From: Vitrella brassicaformis CCMP3155 | Taxonomy: Eukaryota; Protista; Chromerida | NCBI GenBank assembly: GCA_001179505.1 | Contig: CDMY01000581.1 | Coordinates: 1 to 64,000, forward strand | DNA: 64,000 nt | Direction of reading: 5' to 3' | In this document: positions 49,055 through 62,283 of the stretch, in pieces | Position numbering within the stretch: the stretch's first letter is position 1 | Layout: each line of letters begins with the position of its first letter | The notes under the pieces: generated by a model | Seen by the model: only the letters and a program-made list of their open reading frames with translations | The model's database searches: none | Told to the model about the DNA's origin: nothing | Program-made: the position numbers and the translations under genes

Positions 49055-50682
49055 ATGAAGCCTGCGGAGATGATGGACGGGTGGATTCTGCCTGGTGACG
49101 GGTGAGTGAGTCGGACACAATAAAGAAACACACACGGTGGACGGCCGGATGAATGGATGCATTTCCATATATGCCTGAAGGACGGCTGTGGTGCGGCAGT
49201 TCCCCATTCCAAAGGCAGGTCACGGGCAGGTCGTCATCAAAGGTCAGTCACTGTGCACACAAAGGCTTGTATGCCATTCATGTGTGTGTAGATGTGTTGC
49301 TTGGTTTGGCCAGTGATGGCGTCCACCATTTCGGAGACAGACATCCGCGCCATCTACCGACAACACCTCGGCACCGGAGCTGAGAAATATCGCAATGTCA
49401 TCGCGGGGGTGAGCAAAGGACGTGTGGCGATCATCCACCCGACCCACCCAATTGTGGTGTGTGTGCATCTTCCTTCCCTTTTTTGATTGGCATGCAGCAC
49501 GAGCCAGCCGGTATAGTGTACTCTGTGGGTGCTGGCTGCCGTCGGCTCAGGGAGGGCGACCGTGTGTGTGTCTACGACGCCAGCCGGTGCGGCCAGTGTG
49601 GCGACTGCAGGCGGGGCTATGCCATCAGCTGCCCAGCCGACTCGAGAGCGGCGTACGGCTGGCAGAGGGACGGAGGGATGGCGCAATACATGCTCGCTGA
49701 AGAAAGGGTCTGTCAGTGAGCGGAGCGATTGGATTAATCGACCCCCTCCCCTCTCTGCGTGTTTGTACTGTTTTCCACTGCAGGACTGCCTGTTGCTTCC
49801 CGAGTCTGTGAGCTATGTGGACGGTGCCTGTGTGGCGTGTTGCTTTGGCACCTGCTACGAGGCGGTCAGGAGGCTGGACGTGTCGGGCGATGATCGATGC
49901 CTGGTCGTTGGCTTAGGACCGATGGGTCTCGCCACATGCATGCTCGGTCGGTCGGTACTCACCAGCCACCCCACGACAGACAGACAACACATTCTCACAC
50001 AACACAACACACGTGTGTATGTGTCATTGTGTGTGTGCCCCTCTTGTGGCTGTCACAGCACGAGCGCGTGGCGCCTCCTTCCTTGTGGGTGTGGACGTCA
50101 ATCCTGCGCGGGCGACCCAGTGCAGTCAGCTGAACCTCGCTGACCTGGTGCTGGACGCAGAGGGCGGCGAGGAGGGGCGGCAGCGGTGCCTCCGGGCTGT
50201 CATGGAGGTCACCGAGGGCATGGGATGCGAGAAGACCATCGACACATCCGGACATCCTGACGGAAGGCTGCTCGCACTGCAGGTCGGTCCGTCAGCTCAT
50301 CCACCCACCTTGCCCACTCACCCACTCAGTGCACAGCACAGCACATGGCATGGGCATATACCTCGACGGTCTGGCTGTCGTGCGGTGCCGTGATATGCAG
50401 GCTACGCGTCGGTTCGGGTCGGTGGCGTTGGTGGGCGAGGGCAACCACATGACCTTCCAGCCCTCAAACGACCTGCTGCACAAGCACATCGCCATCCACG
50501 GGGTGTGGGTATCGTCATACGCCAACATGGAGGCCCTGCTCGAGAGGCTGGACCGGTGGCGGATGCATCCTGAGAAGATCGTCACGCACTATTTCGCCCT
50601 GGCTGACGCGGCACAGGCGTACGAGACGGTGGACAAGGGCAACTGTGGAAAGGTGGCCGTCATCACCTCGGATGAAGAATGA
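49055..50682 (+). CDS. Medium-chain zinc-type dehydrogenase (GroES-like plus Rossmann; polyol/sugar-alcohol dehydrogenase-like)
   Basis: Spliced: [16 protein letters not shown]|[20 protein letters not shown]|[15 protein letters not shown]...IAG|HEPAG, structural-Zn [38 protein letters not shown]. Confidence 0.9.
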
Positions 50683-51005
50683 CAGACAGATATTGGTACG
50701 CGGGCGGCGTGTACGTGTGTGTATGTGGATGTGGCGAGCACTCTCAGACGTAACTGTGTAGGTAGGTGTGTCGAGTCTGTATATCGTTCTGTACGTCTGT
50801 CTGTCTGTCAGTCAGTGGATTATTTTCTGTGAATGTTTTTCTTTTATGGCCAGCGGGATTTATTTGTCCAGTGCGTGTGGACGAGATCAGGAAATGGATG
50901 GATGGATGGATGGATGGATGACGTGAAGAGCCTTTCGTCTGTACAGGCGTTGAATCGGGCACCACGCACATATGCACATGTCACGCGAGCCACGCCCCCC
51001 CCCCC

Positions 51006-51305
51006 NNNNNNNNNNNNNNNNNNNNNNNNNNNNNNNNNNNNNNNNNNNNNNNNNNNNNNNNNNNNNNNNNNNNNNNNNNNNNNNNNNNNNNNNNNNNNNN
51101 NNNNNNNNNNNNNNNNNNNNNNNNNNNNNNNNNNNNNNNNNNNNNNNNNNNNNNNNNNNNNNNNNNNNNNNNNNNNNNNNNNNNNNNNNNNNNNNNNNNN
51201 NNNNNNNNNNNNNNNNNNNNNNNNNNNNNNNNNNNNNNNNNNNNNNNNNNNNNNNNNNNNNNNNNNNNNNNNNNNNNNNNNNNNNNNNNNNNNNNNNNNN
51301 NNNNN
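51006..51305. other. Assembly gap (300 N)
   Basis: Run of N between poly-C tracts. Confidence 1.
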
Positions 51306-51613
51306 CCCCTCCCCCCCCATATGTACAGCAACTCTAGCAACAGTCAGCCAGCCAGGCAGGCACCTACCTTCCGAACGGCCCCAGACAGACAGACAGACAG
51401 ATGACATCCACCCCCACACGCTTGCAGCAGATCTGCTATCTATCGACCTGGCCGCGATGCTGCATGCCTTCCTTCCCTCCCGAAGGACCCACCACCTTTG
51501 CAAGCCACCCTTGCTGCACTCAGACTGCACCCGGCCATCCCACCCGTCCAGCAGGCTAGCTAGCTACGTGTTTGCTGGCTGCGCTATATATCGTGAGTGC
51601 TACAGTCAGTGAG

Positions 51614-54249
51614 TCAGTCGGCGTTCTTGTCGTCCCTGTTGTCGTCCTTGAACAAGTGTGCGTTGACGACATCTGTGACGGCACTCATCAGGCGGAAGTT
51701 TGTGGGGTTTTTGTCCAGCCACCGCAGTATCAGGGCCACCTGCGGATGGCCATTCCATACCAAACCACAGCCAGAGACTAGTACTTGTTTCTATACCCAA
51801 TGAATGCGAGCCGCTCGCCTTTGTCTGCTTGGCTTGGTTACTTACCCCTTCTGGCAGGTTGAGTTGTGGGTCTTGTGGCTCAGCTATCAGCTGCTGCACA
51901 GACGGCAACTGATTGATGTCAGACACAGAGACAGACAGACAGGTGGTCATGATCGGTCTCGTCCCCTGACTCCCTCACTCACCCGCAGCACGTAGAGTCT
52001 GAAGACGTTGGTGGCGAGCTTCTTGCGCTCCACCTGGAGATCGCCAAAACTAAAGGCACACACACATGTCACACACACACATACACATACACATACACAT
52101 ACACACGCGCACAGTGCCCAGGTGTGGGCCGTCCGTCTCTGTGATGTCCTCACCCACCCGACAAACGCCCGGATGATGTCCCCGATGCAGCCGAATGTGT
52201 CTTGGCTCGATATGCAGATGTCCGACTTGGCGTGCTTGAGAAGCAAATCACACACCGTCGACACGATCGATTTGTCGCACGCAACCTGCAACAACCAGCA
52301 CACATACAGAGAGAGAGAGAGAGAAATCATCATCACATCACAGCCAGGCTGCGTGCGTGCGTGCGTGCCTTATCGTCTCTGCGTGCGATGTTGGATGTGA
52401 TTGAAATGCAGTCCATCAGCGCGCCTCCCCAGAACTTCTGCACACGCATCATTTGCTCGTTGCGTACCAGACCCATCACCGCAGGCACGAAGCCCGCAGC
52501 CACCACGGCACGCAGACACTCATCTGGCAGTCCTACTACACAAATGACACACACACACACACACACACACACATACGCACGACCAGACACGAAAATGGAG
52601 CCCATGACGGCTGTGATGTCACTCACGTACGTCACACACACAGGTACCTACCCTACCTGGGAGGGTGAGATAAGAGGGTACGGCGAGCAGCAGGATGACA
52701 TTGAAGTTGATGGCGGCCTGGCTAGCCATGGCCACCTCGACGGGCGGGAAGGGGGTGCCGTCCTCATACTGGAGGCGACTGGGAGGCACCGCGGTGGCCA
52801 CATCGGTCTCCTCGATGAGAAGGTCGATGGTCCTGAGCGCAGAGGGGGACGCCAGCAGCATACGAGTGGGCTCACGCAACACTGGGGAGGAAGGAAGCAA
52901 CACGAAACACATAATATGGGAGAAGGGGCAGATCCGTTGTGTTGTGTTGTGTATGGTTGGTGACCGTACTCGTCTGACCTCACCATTGCTGACCGCTCGT
53001 CTGTCCTTGTTCGTCTGATGGGGGTTGCTTCTGAGTGTGGCGGTGGCGGCACAGAGTGTGGCTCCGATGAGGCAGGCAGCGCGGCGCTTGGCCTTGGCGT
53101 CTCGGCTGGTCGTCAGGGCCTCGACAAGGCGCGGCATGTGCGGGATCAGATGGTCCTCGACGGCCTGCAGCACCTCCTGCTGCCGACCTGGGCGCAATGT
53201 AAGCGTTGACAGGGAGATGAGTACACAATGGATGGGCAAACGAGTGGCCTGCGTACCTGTTTGCGCTTTCTTTGGGATGTTCTGGATGGCGCCATCGGTC
53301 ATGACCTCGGCCAGCACGTCCGTCCAAAACTCACCACGCTCTGCCACGTGCGCCTCGTCGAGGCAGATGTCCATGGCCTTGCCCAGCAGGCGCATCCACT
53401 GGCTTGCATGAGCTGACGCGGGCGCCCGGGGGCTGAACAGCATCGTGAGAAACATGAAGGCACCGCCTGCACGCAAACACACGAGTCGGAGGGACAAGGA
53501 TATGATGTCATACTCTCTAAACTGTCGTCTTGTGCCGCCCCACCCACCGTCGTACGGCGGGATCTTGAGAAGGGCCTCAGCGCGGCGGATGAATGCCTCG
53601 TGCTTGCGGAGGATGACCTCACGGAGGTCCGTAGTGGCCCCTGCGCGTAGCGTACCGGTGACGAGGGCGTCGGCCATACTCTTCATGGAGTTCTCCTGTG
53701 TTGTTGCAGCCGTCACCAGCCGGAAAATGGCGTGGTCGAGCAGCGATTGCCGGGCATAGTAGGGGGGAGGCAGGAGCTGCTCGAGCGCTGCAAACAGCTC
53801 CGTCGCCTCCTTCGGCTGCCATTGGAAGGGGTACCTGGGAAGACGAAAAAAACAGCCTGAGTTAACTGCAGAGAGCTCGTGCAAGACTATGTATGAGAAG
53901 CGTGAGAGTGGCTCTGACTTTCGGGGCGATTCGCTCCTTACCCATGTTGCAGGAGCACCCAGAATGTGACGGTGGCACTCTGCTGGATGGTGCTGGAGAT
54001 GGGGTCTTCGCGGGCTGGACGCACCGATGTGGAGGTCTTGATGATGGCGAGAAGCGGCTCATGAATTGGATGGTCGCCGCTGGCCTGCTGCTTGAGAGAT
54101 CTGAGCTTGGCGGCGGGATCTGCTGAATGGGCGGCATCCACGAGGCCATCCACGCGCTTGATCAGTTGACGCGCATCGTCTGGTGCTTCTGCCAGCTTCT
54201 TGCTTATCTCGTCCAGGCTGAAGCGCAGATCTGATTTGGAGCACTGCAT
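51614..54249 (-). CDS. Hypothetical alpha-helical (armadillo/HEAT-like) protein
   Basis: Long GC3-biased spliced exons (HLIPHMPRLVEALTT..., LRAVVAAGFVPAVMGLV, KSIVSTVCDLLLKH) ending ...DDNRDDKNAD*. The start codon is uncertain. Confidence 0.6.
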
Positions 54250-54815
54250 TGCCGCAATGCGAGCCGTTGGGCGATGCTGGCCCGGATGACGGCTCGTGTT
54301 GCCTGGCGCGCGCGTCCACGTCAGCGTGTGGACGCGCATCAGCGGAGTGACCTGCCTGCCTGCCTGCCTGCCTGCCTGGCCGTGTGTGTGGTCTGATGTG
54401 CTGGGTGTGGCATCTCGAAGGAACTCGTGGTGTACGTACAATACCAGTCACCTTGCCATCCTTCCGGGGGATGAATGGTCGATAAGTATATCGTGCTTGA
54501 CGATCGACACGCATGCTGACCATTGGACTCGTTACAGTCGGTCGTCAATCATCAATCAGTCATCGTGAACAGGAAGCGCAGTGCCTATTGACATTTGGCC
54601 ATGGCCCCCCCACCCTGCAGCACAGATCCTGCACACACACACAGGCATGGCAACATGTATGGATGGACCACCCGGCAACAACAGCATGGCCATAACTCAT
54701 GATTGTCTCCCGTGCAAGGCTGTCCCCGGAAGGGTATAAGGAACCGGTGCGCCCTGCACAACACAACAGACTCATCCCCTGGTCCCTACCGCGCTTTCGT
54801 GGCTCTCGTTCCGTC

Positions 54816-57787
54816 TCACTCACCCACCCGCCAAGAAGGAATGCCCCACATGCCGAAATGGGGCTCATAGTAACCACCCCAATAGCCGTGGCCCTCATAG
54901 GGGTATACTTGCGCCGGCCGGCCCTGGTAGCCAGATGCGTCAGCTGCTCCCTGCGGCAGAGCCACTGGGGCTATCGGCTGTCCCCTCTCACCCACCTTTT
55001 GCTGGCGAGCTGAGGACGACGCGGAAGCATCCTGTGGGACCGCAAAGCCCCACATTGCTGGTGGAAGGTCAGTAGGCGGGCTTGGTGGGCGCCATGAGTC
55101 ACGAAGAGACGTGTCTCGCTGTTGAGATGGGGCACTCGTCGAGGGCCGAGGGGGGACACTCGCCGGCGGTGGCGCTGCGGCTGTGGGCGGCTCGTCTAGG
55201 TTGGCTTGGAAGGGATGGCTTGCTGGTTCTCCCGTGTCTGTAGTCGGCTGCTGGTGTGCTGCTGCTCCGAGCCGCTGTGACTTGCCAACCGGATAGGATG
55301 CTTCAGGCACAGCAGAGCGCGCCCCGTCACCCTCAGTACCTAGCGGCACCTCAGCTGGAGTTTCCTCTCCCGTCGCTTCTCCTTGCCCTTCTCCACCCTC
55401 TCCCTCTTCCTCTCCCTTGTGCATCATCCCGATAGTCTCCCAGCCGCTCTTGCGGCTGTCGCCCTTGAGCCCCTCCATCGAGTCGATCTTCGCCAGTGAC
55501 AGTAAGGGGCCTAGAAAATGTGGATGGGCCGCAAACAGCCGGTTGATCTCCGCGCAGGTGAGGAAGAACACCCGGCAGACGCTGCGGGCGACATAGCGAC
55601 ATGAAGAGATGGAGGGGCCGACGCTACCGAGGCGATCGGTGACGTGACCTGCAAGCAGTGTGTAGATACCCAAATATATAATATGTTTGTATATCCTCAC
55701 CGAAGACGGCTCCGACAGGCAGCATAATCGACGCACGAGGGGGAGATCCAGAGTGAGCAGATGGGGAATCCTTTTCCGCCAAAAGGGGAGGCGGTAGTGA
55801 CATCGGATCACTCGGCTTCCATGTTTTGAGCCATTCGTCCAACTCAATCGGCAGAATCTCGTGTTCATTGTCGCTCATGACTGCATCCTCGCTCTCGGCT
55901 GCCTCCTCGACTCTTTGGCTCGCCTCTTCTCGAATCTTCTGCAGTCCTTTAGCTGAAAGCCTGTCTCTCTTTGACGATCCCTTGCTCTTTCCCCCAGCAC
56001 CGGCAATGGACGTCATGAGCCGGCTGTCCTCCGACGCGACGCTCGGCTGCCGGTGCGAGTTGAAGTGGTGCATCAGGAACTGTTGGTAATAAGGATTGTC
56101 CAGCAGCTGCTCCTCGTGCACCTTGCTCTCCTGCCGCCCTTCGACCCCCATCTCTTCCTTCAGAAACATCGTATGAAGGGTGTCGAGCTTCTTGCTCGAG
56201 ACGTCGGCCACTGGTGAGACTTCGACGTCGCCAAAGAACAAAAACAAGAGCTCCTCGCACGTCTCGCCGGCAGCGAGGATCACTTCATTGGCAAAATACA
56301 CCCGCGACCGGAGGGCAACAGCCACATCCAATCGGAAATCCTCGAGGGACGATGATGCGTGAGCGGCAGAGACGGGCAGCTGTGCCCTCCTCGAGGCGGA
56401 GATGCCCAGAAAGAAGGCATCAAACGTGTCGAGCAAAGGGCGGAAAACGTCACTGAAAAGGAGAGATATGGGAGAGAATCAAACGGTAGAAGAGGGGTTT
56501 TGGAAGAGCGAAGATGCGTACATGAGCAGTTGACGCCTTGTGAGCGGCGCAAGTGCATCCAGGATGCTCAAGTTCTGCAGGGAAAGGCAAGACACATTCA
56601 TTCTTTGTGTCTCCCGCCTCTTTCGCTCGCTGCCTCTCGTCTCGTCTGACCTCAGCGACTGAGTTGTGCGGATCATCCCAAAAGTCTTTGACGGATCGAT
56701 ACAGCACAGCTTCCAAGCCTGGAGACAGGGGCTGAAAGCCACAGACAGACAGACAGACAGACAGACAGATTGGCGGAAGACAGAAGCTAACATTTCTGCA
56801 ATTGCTCACTGCGTCAACGTACTGTCGCCATAGCACTGCTTCCCTCACTTTTCGCCGCACCAGGCTGCTTGCCCCACTGCGCGAGTCAGCCACCATTTGT
56901 GAGATCTCACTTATCGCCCATGCGATGATCAGGATGGCGAGGAAGGCACTCAGTATGGCGAGCCAGCATTCTTCTAACGTGTGAACGAAAAAATCGTCAG
57001 TCCTGCAGCGACACATACAAACACAGAGTGTATCATGCATAAGTCGCCTGTGCAGAAGTTGTTTGCTGCCTCACCCAATCGTGCTGAGTGTGTTGACGGT
57101 CCAATAAAGAGAGTTGACATACACCTCATACGTCCCCGGCGGGTCGCCACCAAACTTTGCAGACACCCAGGAGCCCTTCTCCGTCCCCACCCAATACCAA
57201 GCGCAGCCCAGCCAATGAGTCACGACGACAACAACAAGCACAAGATACACCAGCCGAAAGCGAAAGTTCAGGGCGAGGTCGACGGCAAGTCGGCGAGACA
57301 CGAGTCCCTCTGGCACAACCAGACGGATAACACGCATCAGCCGCAGCAGGATGAATTCTCGCGGGACGCCGGGGATGTGGTAGATGGGAAGGCATGGGAA
57401 GAGATCCAGCACGAACCAAGAGCTCAGGTAGGCGAAGAACACGTCACTGAGTGTCCTGTGGTAGTGCCGTGTCCGAAGGTTGAAGCGAACCAAAATGTCC
57501 AGTACGAAGAACACGTCGAACGCCACGTTGATCGAGAAGAGAGTGGACGAATATTGTGGTAGGTCGGGAAGGAAAGCCAGCTGGTAGGGCACGGCCCAGA
57601 GGGTGAAGAAGATGCCCGAGGAGAGAACCGGAAGCCACAAGATGCAATAGAAGGGGCCGTCGACGTCCAGCAACCAGCTCTCTTGTGCCTTCTGAGTGCT
57701 GGCGCCTTCTTCATGCCTCTGTACATGGTGTCGGGAGAAGAGCCACTGCCTTGGTTTCTGTGGCCCCACACCGACCATTGGATTCAT
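54816..57787 (-). CDS. Six-TM cation channel of the KCNH/CNG type with a split cyclic-nucleotide-binding domain
   Basis: FDVFFVLDILVRFN, YLSSWFVLDL, S4 LLRLMRVIRL, HWLGCAWYWVG, pore helix YVNSLYWTVNTLSTIG, cNMP-like YFANEVILAAGE...LLFLFFGDVEV...GAVFGE and YVARSVCRVFFLT. Confidence 0.85.
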
Positions 57788-58103
57788 GTCTGCACTGCAG
57801 CTGTGCAGTTTGTTTCGGCCGAGTCTGACGGACGCCTGCAGCACCTTTGCACTGAGCTACTGCGCCTGCACACGGAAACACACCAATGTGTGCTGTGTGG
57901 GTGTCCTGATGCACCACCCATCGCGTGATAGGGCTGTGTGTGTGCTGACCTTCAGAGCCGGACCGGAAGACGATGTGGTGCTTCTCCAGGAAACCCGACT
58001 CGTCCAGAAGAGGGCACGTCGATGTGCAGCCGCGGAGAGGGGAAAGCGATAGACTCTGCGAGCTTGAGCTCGCGACGAGGAGAAGAGACGAGGAGAAGAG
58101 AAG

Positions 58104-60048
58104 ATGGGAGGCGTTTTCACAAGGCTCAAAGGACTGGATCTGTACAGGAAAGTCCCGAGAGGTCAGCAAAACACAACCCGCGTCACTCACTCACGCACTT
58201 GATGACATACGCTGCTGGTGCTCTCTTTCTGCGCTGCCATCAGATCTAAGTGAGCCCACTTTGTCTGGCGCTTTCGTGTCGCTCGTGTCGGCCACGCTGA
58301 TGACATGGCTCTTCGTCAGCGAACTCATGGCATATCTGAAGATCCGCGTGCACTCAGAGATGTACATAGGTGAGGGAGCCGCAGACGCGCACACACACAT
58401 CGATGGATGTGTGCATTGCAATCAAAGGAAGGTCACTGATTGGTGTGTTGTGTTGTGTCGTGGTGGGGCAGATCATCGGCGGGATGACGACCGCCTGCAG
58501 ATCAACCTGGACGTGTCCATTCATCGGCTGCCTTGTGAGATTCTATCGCTCGATGCACAGGACGTCATGGGCAGCCATGAAGGTGAGGGAGGGAGGCAGA
58601 AGCAAGCAGATCTGCTTATTGGATGCATCACTACTTGTGTGTGTGTGTTGGTGGATATCCATTTCGATCAATCAGTCGATATTCACGGCAACTTGGTCAA
58701 GACCCGCATATCCAAGGACGGTGCTGAATTGGAGAACATGCCAATACAGGGCAGCCAGATCAGCCCGAGAGGGCTCTCACCAGGGGCTGCAACCACCATA
58801 CAAGTAGGAAGGGAAGGAATGAAGCGAGGGCAACCGAGGGCAGGCAACACACGAAAACGCTCAGGGGCGTGTCTGTGTCTGCATGTGTGTGCATAGTACC
58901 ACTACAGTCCTGAGGACCTCAAGAAGATCGAGCAGATGGTCAAGGACTTAGAGGGATGCAGGATACGGGGATTCGTACAGGTCAACAAGGTCAGCCACTC
59001 AGTCAGTCAGTCACGTCCACGTCAATACAGCTGTCGTGTGATTGACACACCGACTGCCCTTCCTTCGTCAGGTCCCCGGCAACGTGCACATATCAACACA
59101 TTCCCACGCGCACCTGCTGGGTACGTGCGTGAGTGAGACCAGACAGACACGCGGCAAGCCATGGGCGTCAGTCATCCGTCCGAAGTGCATCCATCCATCT
59201 TGTATTGTTCGGTGGTGCAGCGTCGCTGTACGGCACCTGGCAGAAGATGGACATCGGCCACACCATCAACCACCTCTCCTTCGGCAACGACCGAGAGGTC
59301 GAGTACGTCAGGCGGACCTTCAAAGACACCGGCATCGTCAGCCCACTTGACGGATCAGCAAAAACACAGCCTGGTGGGAATGAAGCCCATGTAGTTAGTG
59401 CACATACATGGCAACCAACCGTGGCAGAACATATTGCTGGCTCTGTGTGTGTGTGTATGTGTGTGTGTGTGTGTGTGCAGAGAAGCATGATGATCCGGTG
59501 ATCTTTGAGTATTACTGCAATGTGGTGCCGACTATCTATGAGGGCCTGGAGGGCAGCGAGCGGCACGTGTTCCAGTTCACGGCCAACTCCAACCAGATCG
59601 CCAACCCACAAATGCCCTCTATCTACTTCAGGTGAACAGTGAACAAACACACCACGTGCGCCGGGGTCCCTTCCCTGGGCTGTTCATGTCATTCGTGTAC
59701 TGTACGGTTGTTATGTGTGTGTGTGTAGGTATCACATCTCGCCCGTGACGGTTCGGTTCCAGGAGATGAGGGAACAACTCATCACCTTCCTCACACAGGC
59801 ACGCAAGAGCCACACCCACACAGTGGCTTGCCTTGCGTCTGTCTACTTCTATCGGCTCTGTCGGCTCTGCTGGTGGTCAGGTGTGCGGCATTGTGGGTGG
59901 CGTCTTCACCGTGGCGGGGCTGATGGACGCCATCATACACAGGCACTGCACGCACACACAGCAAACAGACACACGGAGGGGCTCATCTTTTGTGTGGTGT
60001 GTGCGCAGGTCGATGATGCATCTGGCCAAGAGCACCAAGTTGGGATGA
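58104..60048 (+). CDS. ERGIC3: ER-Golgi intermediate compartment protein (ERGIC3/Erv46 family)
   Basis: LKGLDLYRKVPR|DLSEPTLSGA, INLDVSIHRLPCEILSLDAQDVMG, EGCRIRGFVQVNK|VPGNVHIS, HTINHLSFG, YHISPVTV, VCGIVGGVFTVAGLMD. Confidence 0.92.
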
Positions 60049-60866
60049 CATATACATGGAGAATTTAGACTGTGTGTGAACAGTGTACAGCGACAATTTG
60101 TCAGCCGTGTGTGTCTGACTGTGTGTATGGTTGCGATGGGCCTAATTAATCTCGACACTCGTTGGGCACAACAGAAGGATTTGAGCGTGTTGTTTGTGGG
60201 TCGATCCCTCCCTCCCTCCCTCCCTCAATGTCCACCAGCCCTTTCCTGTCTCCTGCGCGAGTCCTTCCTAGCCACTACAACATCAGCCACCGTCTGTTCT
60301 GGATGCATCGCCCTCAAGCTCAGAAGGCTCTCTCACACAGGGACGGAGAAATGCGAGCAACAATCCATCATCGCTAAGTGCAGTGGTAGATAGCCATAGC
60401 TCCGATACCCACCCAGAGAGTGTGAGGTTCGGCCAGCTGTCGCCTCGCCTGACACGCCCGCCATCATCGTCATCCCCTAACGCGTCAGCAAATGCACTGA
60501 CATAGAGGAAGACGATGATTGCCAGCAAGACATGTCAGCGAGAACGGCCGGCCCAATACGCGCATAACAACAGCAAGCCACCCCATGCCCATGTCTGTCT
60601 CCCTTCCCCCTCCTTGTCCCCTGACAGTTTGCTGTTCTTCCCTGACCGTTGTGTGCCTGCGCTGCGTCTGGTATCGCATCATCACTTGCACACGGCCATT
60701 GGAGGATGGCTCGGCGCAAGTGCTGATGCGACACCAGGCGGCACACACACACGAACACAACACGGCACAGCTACAATCCAGCACGACATCAGACACACCA
60801 CCACAGATGAATGCACCTACTGATAAATCTCCATCTTGGATAAAGTGACACTGGTTCCCGCGCGCG

Positions 60867-60897
<31 letters not shown>

Positions 60898-61028
60898 GGT
60901 ACTGTACACTTGAACAAAGAAAAAGATAGACGGTGTCACGTATATTCACAGTGACACACACGCCATCTACACTGTACACGCACCATCGCCAGCCGGGGGT
61001 GGTCTCTGTCTGTCTGTCTGTCTGTCTG

Positions 61029-61645
61029 TCATAATGGTCCCTTGAGCAGTCTGGTGAAGAGGCCTCTCTTCTTCTTGACTGGCGTGCTGTACACAGTCTT
61101 CTCTGCAGACGGGACACACACACACACGCACACACAGAGAGATAGAGATAGATGAGTCACGCTACAAACGCCCACGCCCTTCCGTCCATTGCGTCGTGTG
61201 TGCCTATCTGTGTACTTTACTTACTGCAGAAACGGCATATGATCCACTGGTTCATCGGGCCGGTCCCATCGCGATAGCAAGACGTACACTTGAACGTCTG
61301 TAAAGACACAGTGACAGACACATACAGACCACGCATCCGGCACCGCCGGCGCCTGCAGCTCTCTCCCTCCTCCCTCACCCCCATGTTGGCTGTTGCCGTT
61401 TCTGTCGTCCCGCCAGCAGGCTCCTGGTGCCCGCCCTCAGCCACAGGCGGCTCACTGCTCGACGCCGCCTTCCCGCCACCGTGGTCGGCGCTGTTTGACA
61501 CGTGCTGCGTGAGGACGGGAGAACCGTATGGTGACGGCCTGTCTTGGGCTTCAAGCAGCTCTGGGTTAAATGGTGGAGGGGGTGCGAGGGACGGGTACAG
61601 GCCGTTGGTGTCGGACGCATCGGCAGGGGCATGATCAGACGCCAT
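61029..61645 (-). CDS. Small protein with a Pro-rich disordered N-terminus and a C-terminal Zn ribbon (CxxC...CxxC)
   Basis: MASDHAP...LYPSLAPPPPFNPE...|TFKCTSCYRDG...IICRFC|KKTVYSTPVKKKRGLFTRLLKGPL*; three exons in phase. The architecture resembles LITAF/TMEM55-type proteins, but the family is not established. Confidence 0.55.
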
Positions 61646-62283
61646 GACGAAAGATCTCGGCGAAGAAAGGATCCGTCTCACTTTGTTGGTAGGGCTGGGT
61701 TGCAGGGTTTGGTGCACGATCGTCGCGAATCTCGACGATTGGACTCGACTGTCTCGTCGTCTTGGCCGTCCGCCATCGACAAGAAGGTGAGAAGAGTCCG
61801 ACGCACGTTTCTGCAAATTAATGTGGCGCATTTTTCCTTTTCTGATGCCAATGACATTCTTTCAGGCCCGCCTGTCACCCGCGAGGCATGATGGATGTGA
61901 CTGACTGACTGAGTGACTGAGTCGCGCAAATGAATGGACGGACGGACAGCACACAGATGGCACCGAAATCGGCCCCCATGTATCTATCTATCTCAGATGG
62001 CCATTATCTGAGTGTCTCATGAGTGCACACACAGCTGAAATGCGTGTCTGAATCCACCAAGCCAACACGCTCATTCAGTCCATCAATCGTCGCTCTCACT
62101 CGCGCAGACAACAAATGCCCTTCATTCCTGTCTATCTGTACACTCATTAACACGGACGCCTCACACAACAAGAAATACCCTCTCACCCTGGATGCCCTTT
62201 GGGCTCATATCTCTCTACTCTCCCCCTCCCTCCCTCCCTCATGCCACACCCTACTCCCCCTATCCATCCATCCATCCCCCCCT

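Noticed and set aside
50833-51612. ORFs spanning the second N gap
   Set aside because: They are artefacts of translating N, and the flanks are microsatellite-rich non-coding sequence.
60283-60528. Short minus-strand ORF with a hydrophobic start (MLAIIVFLYVSAFADA)
   Set aside because: It has a TTG start, weak codon bias and no supporting splice structure; it is probably UTR or intergenic sequence between convergent genes.
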